Assembly: GCA_964477205.1 (NCBI GenBank)
Contig: CAYZDE010000003.1
Location: 1 to 41,466 of the forward strand
DNA: 41,466 nt
Source of the DNA: Candidatus Micrarchaeota archaeon
GTDB taxonomy: Archaea > Micrarchaeota > Micrarchaeia > Norongarragalinales > Norongarragalinaceae
Direction of reading: 5' to 3'
In this document: in pieces, positions 36,301-41,466 of the stretch
Layout of the letters: every line of letters starts with the position of its first letter
Numbering within the stretch: position 1 is the stretch's first letter
Notes under the pieces: model-generated
Seen by the model: the letters and a program-made list of their open reading frames with translations, nothing else
The model's database searches: none
Told to the model about the DNA's origin: nothing
Translations under genes and position numbers: made by a program

Positions 36301-36365
36301 CTTGCACTGAACCGTCTGTGGAAGATGGAACAAGCGAAGAAACAGAAGAACCCGTCGACGCCTAG
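30363..36365 (+). CDS. Giant (~2000 aa) membrane-anchored surface protein with carboxypeptidase-regulatory-like repeats and Cys-rich modules
   Basis: One TM helix near residue 55 and multiple V.D..G.P+.GA.V / TDA.G.A.F repeats. Two C...C..C.EAEC repeats. Acidic. ATG at 30363; alternative TTG at 30345. Confidence 0.85.
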   Translation: MGILDSVREGAASFYTSIEEKYYSLMEGLQERGLPAVDWFVSPLENKGIPSLPAAVLLILLLCFGVFLAFAQPGASTLQVFVSSSGAPIAGAEVIVYSGSQEYSALTDAEGIASFESIEQREGALVRVSKAGYSTESESIDLTGNDSISLSLSTESQPQITVFVSDAEGNPVGGALVSFVDPSTAQPLEVTTDATGTAYLSFADENDLFNVRVSRGGFVSERVTCFASQNYCEIKLESESGSGSGSGGSMEPSGAVLITVKDESGSPLEGLVTLMDANSLNIISVKETQADGTAFFQGITTGLSVYLLVEPSNPNYLGYNGGLAGDYQTVAPSQTVEFIVALEPKAQGSSKQIRITVIDSDNEPIKGASVKLYSLESQLTLLDWEETDTAGEVVFEVQDGILAYASIYADGYLPHVERTIVPGDSKTIQLESLAAGNNALLKGLVYDADGEPVQKARVYALTSDGFALGVPFAETLEDGSVILDHLPFQELRLRAVKGSAHGASDAFTPTGEDDFEVIVELEPTYGFVHAKAVDASELGETVNALFEATIDGEVQASCQAEEGECTLEVRSNKQVFVKATASGYADSYSEGFTIATGQTRHQEIPMVPTSMANQLTIINFTMRDSDTGVLVQDLERGNYYDAVLTVNLPSGADKSGFYLRVGDDETVESGAALITYYTAPEGAEVTFGSDYYANASCDYWEQGDDEHKWLNFEFEDGFGVRALSARVFVRPTATKNDEAVFHYRAYAEKNNLWYRNPIDEELNYSESIPGKEYCHAETTTSEYAITQGSTSCNENACLSITLEKNGDYYANALDVPIGHSFSVLLDASFYSASDYPLLTVRAPNEQVIFQQAFFSNSTVQVNDYEFTRALELNDYGYSASGSLSAIAAVPSDYARLTFQLSDEQGVILNAERFVVVSGTGELTLGASPMQLIANDDSDLMLELYSGTLSIEDARLEIEETEGAPFNGLQNGDYYLIGDGSLGNGANGEYEFEDLHPVSPGKFRVIATRDDYAEASIEISVIANDYLSFNPDASSLIVPCTGLSLEVSNDLLVDALVTTAFTDSACITLTGPAITNEGNHTYSFNVPKKDSTILFLEPLKNEDCYLAFNSVLEASGSAFSKTAWVRVDCSELNPTPSPTAQASECSSADCGACTEAECLQLTGYCQPEYITLPDGNQSFQGCIPFETVEPTCSPANCSYCNEAECAQYAECEVSYASGSFECLQAQPLDCSPGNFDFSNMLARRLGQYHANSLFNPTLDNMRIASSASNQIMISSYGYAFTAGGVGCTQEGNTLSCAKPINAMFPVNGMVISIQTTAMQNIDVLVHDENETGCFEFAEVHGETRWGLSRLADELKSALQKTISTITLSPESPYKTYLIVFDGTNPDCVDYAWDNGLKMTPKEGKDTLSLKIQPAGYAGWGATGSAFVNLKVVAEDFDNKASQYALFAVPAHGDIKANEPVFLTANMFDTTTTIKGDGLRVNGVATSNEINLGEAGMAFIEPESEQFTVTVNKVPGTFAFNSFESTGTFQDWVLGMLNNQALTQASTTQEGTEEGESEVTLPSATESGLFSVSFENKGSEEAEDAVLGGSVPGGLACSGTKWCTPEQAELAAEEVAKDLQELYGDFYESLDKVDSSGIVDGSTGIFEQALNDAMNDYIGKQAQYQACKQLGFNPLTQLQEDCAEAYFGPGLNANPTSFQDPNYPSLIAPVPQTWQAPQGFGGVYGDAFSQTACNTELMNYAFGSSQAVGSMGQNFWGTFTGQVTTGLTPYSAEVASGEPIFSMDGLIVIIPMKVAGVGIVPYAFSFDETQARARFERSEWVKIGGINTFMGGPVYSPRLGSVQSFSNNLAPTAPAWYQNAGALPLPYADGEYGIEFTSEVNLYTLNKYPLIIEEGACPECKYWAQTQLPEGGLFQGEAPSYPTIYILEGTSSGVTLNGDSVLVGSDANSQAILACLLDDDKAFNGETDSNLYAITCVSESCTCTEPSVEDGTSEETEEPVDA

Positions 36366-37759
36366 CCCTTGATGACTCCAATGGGCTTTAACCGCGCAAC
36401 TATGGCACACAAGCCGGCGCGTTCCACCGCGCCCACGACTTCATCCACTTTCTTGTAAGCTCCGCCCGCTTCCTCGGCGAGAATACTCGTTTCAGTAGCG
36501 CGCACGGCAAGGCCGTTGGCTTCCATTTCTTTTTGCACGTCCGAGCCGCGGTACTCGCGTTTTGCCTGTGACCTACTCATCACGCGGCCGCTCCCGTGGC
36601 AAGTAGAACCCCACGACTCCTTAGCCCCCTCGAGCCCGCACAAGACGAACGAAGCCGTTTGCATACTACCCGGAATAATAACCGGTTGGCCAACCGCGCG
36701 GTAATCGGTTGGCACTTTGGGGTGGCCCTTCCAGAAGGCGCGCGTTGCTCCCTTGCGGTGAATGCATAGTTTTTGGCCTTCGTGCTCCTCGATTTTCGCG
36801 ATGTTATGGCAAACGTCGTACACCGCGCTCATTCCCAGTGACTCCCAATCCGAGTTGAAGGTTTTCTCGAATGTTTCGCGCACCCATTGCGCCATGCACT
36901 GGCGGTTAATGAATGCGTAGTTCACCGCGCACTTCATCGCTCCGAAGTAATCGTTTGCTTCGTCACTGCCTAAAGGAGCGCAGCACAATTCCTTGTCCGG
37001 CAACTCGATGTTGTACTTGCGAGAGGCGTCGAGCATCACGCGAATGTAATCCGAACAAATCTGGTGCCCGAACCCGCGAGAGCCCGAGTGAATCATGACG
37101 CAAGCTTGGCCTTCACGCAAGCCGAATGCTCTAGCCTTCTCCTCGTCGAATATTTTTTCGACTTCTTGAATCTCTATGAAGTGGTTGCCGCTTCCGAGCG
37201 TTCCCAATTGCGGCCTGCCCCGCTTGCGCGCCCGCGCGCTAATCTTTGAGTAATCCGCTCCGTCCATTCGGCCGTTTTCCTCGCAGTGTAAAGCGTCTTC
37301 CTTGATTGCGTAGCCCTTTTCAATTGCCCAATCCAAGCCGCCTTCCACCGCGTCGCCTAACTCGCGCTCTTCCAATCGCAATCGACCTTTAGAGCCGACT
37401 CCCGAAGGAATGTTCTCGAATAAGGCGTTCACTAATTCTTTCGCCTTTGCCCTAACGTCGGAAGCTTCGAGGTCCGTGCGCAGCAAGCGCATCCCACAAT
37501 TAATATCATATCCGACACCGCCTGGCGAAATGATTCCCCCGTCCATTCGAAACGCGGCAACGCCTCCTATCGGGAAACCGTACCCACTGTGGCCGTCGGG
37601 CATGACCATTGCCTTTCCCTCCAGGCCCGGCAGTTTGGAAACATTATCTATTTGACCGATGGTGCGGTCGCTTTGAATTTTCGCTAGCATTGATTCGTTG
37701 GCGTAGATGCGAACCTTCTCGTTTTCGAAAACGCAATCCCTAACCTTCTTGAATTCCAT
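36362..37759 (-). CDS. rtcB: RNA-splicing ligase RtcB
   Basis: MPDGH.GYGFPIGG, GYDINCG, GSGNHF, IHSGSRG, HN, HRKGAT, PGSM and HGSGR motifs. ATG at 37759 with GGGAGG SD. Confidence 0.97.
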   Translation of the reverse strand: MEFKKVRDCVFENEKVRIYANESMLAKIQSDRTIGQIDNVSKLPGLEGKAMVMPDGHSGYGFPIGGVAAFRMDGGIISPGGVGYDINCGMRLLRTDLEASDVRAKAKELVNALFENIPSGVGSKGRLRLEERELGDAVEGGLDWAIEKGYAIKEDALHCEENGRMDGADYSKISARARKRGRPQLGTLGSGNHFIEIQEVEKIFDEEKARAFGLREGQACVMIHSGSRGFGHQICSDYIRVMLDASRKYNIELPDKELCCAPLGSDEANDYFGAMKCAVNYAFINRQCMAQWVRETFEKTFNSDWESLGMSAVYDVCHNIAKIEEHEGQKLCIHRKGATRAFWKGHPKVPTDYRAVGQPVIIPGSMQTASFVLCGLEGAKESWGSTCHGSGRVMSRSQAKREYRGSDVQKEMEANGLAVRATETSILAEEAGGAYKKVDEVVGAVERAGLCAIVARLKPIGVIKG

Positions 37760-37763
37760 TAGT

Positions 37764-38672
37764 TCACGCCTCCCTGGCAACGCCAACAACCCGTGGCATC
37801 ACCTTGTTCAAGTCGCATAGTGCAATCGCTTCCTTGTCAAAGGCAATCGGCTGCTTGAATCGAATAATTGCGCGCGCCGTCCCCCCGGCTTTCAACCCGT
37901 CTACTTCGCAGGCAACGGATTGCAAGCCGACGAACGCGTGCAAGTGCTTTGAATCCGCAGCGAATTTTGACGCTTTAACCTCGCATTCGAGCTCGGTGAC
38001 GCTGCGGAGCGGCTCGATTGTGAGTACTTGACCGCGCTTTATTTCCTCCGGGTTCGAGCCCTTGAAGCACAATCCAACTCGGCTCCCCGGCCCGGCTTCT
38101 TTTTGGTCTTCGTCCTGTAATTGAATCGAGCGCACTTCAATGCGCTTCCCACTAGGGTTGGCAACGAGCTTGTCGTGCACTCGCACGGTGCCCCGCTCTA
38201 CGAATCCAAGGAGCACGTTCCCGAGGCCTTTCACCGCGAAACTGGAATCAATGAGCACCTTCAAGTCGCCTTCGTGCGCCTTTAGTTCTCTTGTTCGCGC
38301 CCATTCCAATGCCTCGTCATTCGCCTTTACTTCGTATGCCTCTGCAACGGTTCCTTTAGCGTATTGTTCGATTCCATATTCCGTGGCAAAGCAGCCTTCC
38401 TTCTTATCGAGCAAGTCTAGGGCTACGAGCGCTTCGCCAAGAGCGGCGTCCGCAGTGTCGTGCGCTACCACCACGAAATCCGATAAGTTCAAGCAATACA
38501 TTAACGGCGCTAGCTTTTCGGGCCAGCGGAACGGCTCGCAAGCAGTGATTATTTTCTCGTGAACAATAGAATGCCACAATCGGTAGTCACTCTCTCCGCC
38601 TTTCTTACCGAATTCCTTGCAGAACTCGCTCGCGCGCGACCCAATAACGCAAACCGTGGAATTAAGCTTCAT
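37764..38672 (-). CDS. Archaeal SelB/EF-Tu-like protein with degenerate G domain
   Basis: GKKG..SD, P..L..L...LNLSD and GEALVALDLL motifs. EF-Tu domain II IDSSFAVKGLG...G.VRVHD...VRSIQ...AGPGSRVG. ATG at 38672; alternative GTG at 38681. Confidence 0.8.
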   Translation of the reverse strand: MKLNSTVCVIGSRASEFCKEFGKKGGESDYRLWHSIVHEKIITACEPFRWPEKLAPLMYCLNLSDFVVVAHDTADAALGEALVALDLLDKKEGCFATEYGIEQYAKGTVAEAYEVKANDEALEWARTRELKAHEGDLKVLIDSSFAVKGLGNVLLGFVERGTVRVHDKLVANPSGKRIEVRSIQLQDEDQKEAGPGSRVGLCFKGSNPEEIKRGQVLTIEPLRSVTELECEVKASKFAADSKHLHAFVGLQSVACEVDGLKAGGTARAIIRFKQPIAFDKEAIALCDLNKVMPRVVGVAREA

Positions 38673-38699
38673 TGCATACACCCTTTGGGCGCGTGCGAA

Positions 38700-39212
38700 T
38701 TAAAAGGGTAACGCGCGCTTGGCGAGGCCTATTGCCGAGCCGCCTATTAGTGCGGTCGCGAATTGCATTACTCCCATGGCCGCGACTATCGCGGCGGGCA
38801 CGAGGCCGAACGCGTTCAAAGCTAAGGCAGAAGCAAACAACAACGTTGTTTTGGCTGCAGAAGATGCTACGAGCGCACTCCAATAGCCGAGCCGTCTCTC
38901 TAGCGATTTCATGCCTTGGACTAGAGCGGCGTTGCCCAGCCAAATGAACGGGACCATTAATGCGAGGAACGGGGTGAACGAGCCGAATAGCAAGCCGTAA
39001 GTAATAACGCCTAGTGACGGCAATGCAATGATTGGCAAAGCCTTCCACGCTTCTTTCTCCAGTGCAACTCCGACTAGCAATGCGTTAACCACGGAACCGA
39101 CCAGCAATTGCGGGCCTTGGAATACGAACGGGATAAAGAAAGCGGCGAACGAAGAGGCGAGCAGCCACTTGTACTCGTTTACCGAACTCCACTGAAATTC
39201 ATTAATGAACAT
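38700..39212 (-). CDS. Membrane protein, ECF transporter S-component-like
   Basis: About 6 TM helices with QLLVGSVVNALL, PFIWLGN and QFATALIGG patterns. Family assignment from recall, not from a search. Confidence 0.6.
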   Translation of the reverse strand: MFINEFQWSSVNEYKWLLASSFAAFFIPFVFQGPQLLVGSVVNALLVGVALEKEAWKALPIIALPSLGVITYGLLFGSFTPFLALMVPFIWLGNAALVQGMKSLERRLGYWSALVASSAAKTTLLFASALALNAFGLVPAAIVAAMGVMQFATALIGGSAIGLAKRALPF

Positions 39213-39217
39213 AGGCT

Positions 39218-39862
39218 TTAGTAACTCCCTTCTAATAACGCACCAAACCCTATTAACAGTATTGCGGCTAGGGCGAGCAAGCCCGCGTCCAATAACGCTT
39301 GCTTGAACCCTCCCTTTTTGTGCTTCCCGCGCATTAATGCAACGCTGATTATGCCTCCTGAAAGGCTGCCGACAAAGTAACCCGCTAGCTCAAGTGAGCC
39401 GTGTGGAACTAGGCCCATGAATCCGATTATGCCTCCCACGATGCCCGACTCTAATATTTTACTGCCTAGAACCACTCCGATGACCGAGGCATTCCAAAGC
39501 AGTAAGTAAATGCTGCCTATTCCATACAATAAGCAGAAGCCGAACATCAAAGCGAGTACTCCCAGGTTATGAGAGAATAAGCCCAAAACCGCTCCTGAAT
39601 CAAATGCCCTCCCGGTCAAGGCGCCTATTGCATTAACTTCCGAGATTTGCGACTCGAACAGCGTTGCCGAAGCGCCCGAAATCAAGAATGCCGAAGAAGC
39701 AATTCAAACCGGAAGCGCTGCAAAAACGATTATCCCCCCGTCAAGCGAAGGGAGCGCATAGGAAACTATTATTGCAATTGAAGCAAACAAAGCCCCGAGT
39801 ATGGCTGACGCCGCCGGCTCGTGCCTGACCTTATTCGGCGTTATCAAGTAATCGAGTACCAT
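39218..39862 (-). pseudogene. SpoIIM/DUF95-family membrane protein interrupted by an in-frame TGA (39706-39704)
   Basis: ATG 39862 gives MVLDYLITP...FAALPV*, continuing in the same frame as IASSAFLISG... into HN, WNASVIG and PHGSLELAGY motifs. Confidence 0.7.
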
Positions 39863-39936
39863 GTTACTATTGTTTACTCACGCGCTGCATTTAAAAGTTT
39901 TAACACCCTAACCCCAGAACAGGTGATTCATACCAT

Positions 39937-40116
39937 ATGGCTCCGAATATCAACAAGGAAAAGTGCGTTGGCTGCGGCGCTTGCGTGAACGCGTGCCCGG
40001 TAGCCGTGCTGGAAGTGAAGGACGGGAAGGCAATTGTAGTGAACGCAGAAGCCTGCCTGGGATGCCGCGCGTGCCAGAACGCTTGCCCGCACGAAGCCGT
40101 CAGCTTCGATGAGTAA
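39937..40116 (+). CDS. 2[4Fe-4S] ferredoxin (59 aa; not in ORF track)
   Basis: Hand translation has CVGCGACVNACP and CLGCRACQNACP. AGGTGA SD upstream. Confidence 0.95.
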   Translation: MAPNINKEKCVGCGACVNACPVAVLEVKDGKAIVVNAEACLGCRACQNACPHEAVSFDE

Positions 40117-40158
40117 CCCCACTTGTTTTTAACTTCTTTTTCTTAATCCATTCGAATA

Positions 40159-40875
40159 ATGAAACGCGAGGCAATATTCCTAATACTTTTTTTCTCTACC
40201 TTAGCAATTGCAATACCCGGGCCGCAACCCGCTAATGCCACGAAGGACACTAATGAGTCGTACGGAGGGTACTCGACGAATTACAATTACACCCCCGCCG
40301 GGGGCGCGGAAACGAATTACGATTTAGTTTCGTCAATGCAATCCCAAGCTTGGGCCGGATTCTACGGGAACTTGAGTGCCTTCGTGGTCCTCAAGGACTT
40401 AAGCGGCGACACATTCCACTCGTGGTCCCCCGCCACGGTGACCGGCACGGTCTACGCAACCACCTCATCGAACCCTGATTGGGCTAGCGTCAACAATGAC
40501 ATTTCAGCTTCAACCGTGGATGAGTTATGGGACTTCGGGGATTGGAGCGACAACGCGTCTTCCTCCTTCACCGCGAACGCTAACACTGAATTCTCAATCG
40601 GAACAGGCCTCGGCTCGGTAACCATCGCAGCGAACACCCGCGACAAACTCAACACGAACACCGCAGGCGCCCCCTCATCAGGCATATTCGAAGAAGTATT
40701 ACTCTCCGACTCGGCTGCGCCGAGTAAGCAAAACATAATCTTCACTTGCATCATGGACGGCTTGCAGACGGCTTTCGACTCCCAGTCAACCGCCCACTTC
40801 CAGTTACTGGTCCCAAACAACCAAGTGAACGCCACGCAAACCGATTCGTACTACTTCTACACGCAAATAAACTGA
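40159..40875 (+). CDS. Secreted beta-rich protein
   Basis: Signal peptide. Ser/Thr/Asn-rich with N-x-S/T sequons and a QAWAGFYGN motif. Confidence 0.8.
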   Translation: MKREAIFLILFFSTLAIAIPGPQPANATKDTNESYGGYSTNYNYTPAGGAETNYDLVSSMQSQAWAGFYGNLSAFVVLKDLSGDTFHSWSPATVTGTVYATTSSNPDWASVNNDISASTVDELWDFGDWSDNASSSFTANANTEFSIGTGLGSVTIAANTRDKLNTNTAGAPSSGIFEEVLLSDSAAPSKQNIIFTCIMDGLQTAFDSQSTAHFQLLVPNNQVNATQTDSYYFYTQIN

Positions 40876-40918
40876 TTTTTAAACGATTTCGCAGTAAACA
40901 ATGCGAGTGGGAATTTAA

Positions 40919-41466
40919 TTGAGTAGGAGGTCAATAGCAGTAGCCCTATTAGTGTCCGTTATTCTAGTCGGAAGCATCGCAAACTTATTCCCAATTTTGA
41001 TTTCAAGCCCTGGCGAGCACGCAGCCTTCACCTTTAACGGGGGAGGAATACTCGAATCCGCTTTCTTCAAAGCGAATTCCACGCGCGAATTAACGGTGAG
41101 CGTTTACGCCTCGGAACTCGGCGAGCCCTCCGGTAACACGCTTTGCACCGCATCGTTTCCGCCCGTAAACGGGCTAGGAGTCGCTCACTTTCAGGATTGC
41201 GCGCTCGAAGAAGGCGATTACTTCCTCGTGATGAGCGACGCCTCCGCAAGCCCATCCAACCAATCAATCGTGTACTACGCCATAGGCAATGGAACGCAAG
41301 CGCATTACTTCGACGGCTCGGCGTGGCACCCCATCGAATCAAGCGCTTCCACGCTCACCCTCTCTTGGGCCGCTTCAGCTAGCCCAACGCCCCAGCCAAC
41401 GCCAGGCCTCGCTGAAGTAGGGACTGACGAACCGTTGTACATGGAAATCGATGATTACTTGAACAA
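40919..41466 (+). CDS. Secreted/surface protein, truncated by the window end
   Basis: TTG 40919 opens MSRRSIAVALLVSVILVGSIA..., with no stop before the window end. SPTPQPTP linker. Confidence 0.7.
   Translation, partial: MSRRSIAVALLVSVILVGSIANLFPILISSPGEHAAFTFNGGGILESAFFKANSTRELTVSVYASELGEPSGNTLCTASFPPVNGLGVAHFQDCALEEGDYFLVMSDASASPSNQSIVYYAIGNGTQAHYFDGSAWHPIESSASTLTLSWAASASPTPQPTPGLAEVGTDEPLYMEIDDYLN

Noticed and set aside
5979-36365. Genome-wide reassignment of TAG (e.g. to pyrrolysine or Gln)
   Set aside because: DP2, thrS, dys, lig and rtcB all end in TAG at their expected C-termini, and only one internal TAG was seen.
37764-39862. Selenocysteine system (SelB-like gene near an in-frame TGA)
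   Set aside because: The TGA lies in a TM protein with no Cys/redox context. The factor belongs to the non-Sec SelB-like family. No SECIS, tRNA-Sec or selD was seen.
40901-40918. Mini-ORF MRVGI* in frame with the last gene
   Set aside because: Five codons with no informative content. The downstream TTG already gives a complete signal peptide.

Overview
Gene-dense chromosomal segment of an archaeon, most likely a DPANN lineage (Micrarchaeota-like). Taxonomy is inferred from PolD, archaeal-type ThrRS, Spt5, DHS and large Cys-rich surface proteins. Housekeeping genes: ftsZ-secE-spt5, PolD DP1/DP2, PolB, rpl11, thrS, dhs, DNA ligase, rtcB, a SelB/EF-Tu-like protein and a ferredoxin. Between them lie several large secreted or surface proteins. 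Top finding: an unannotated 15-codon leader ORF (MSNRWIACTTTTRFQ, 22339-22292, minus strand) directly upstream of threonyl-tRNA synthetase. It has four consecutive Thr codons, its own TATA box and competing RNA hairpins, so it is a candidate ribosome-dependent threonine attenuator in an archaeon. Other notable items: a membrane-anchored M23 peptidase plus lytic transglycosylase fusion (peptidoglycan hydrolase); an in-frame TAG at a conserved Lys of DP2; a shared 'PDLP-TM-basic' C-terminal sorting signal; a membrane domain fused to an AdoMetDC-family decarboxylase next to dhs; and a SelB-like factor lacking the P-loop. No rRNA, tRNA, CRISPR array or mobile element was recognised.
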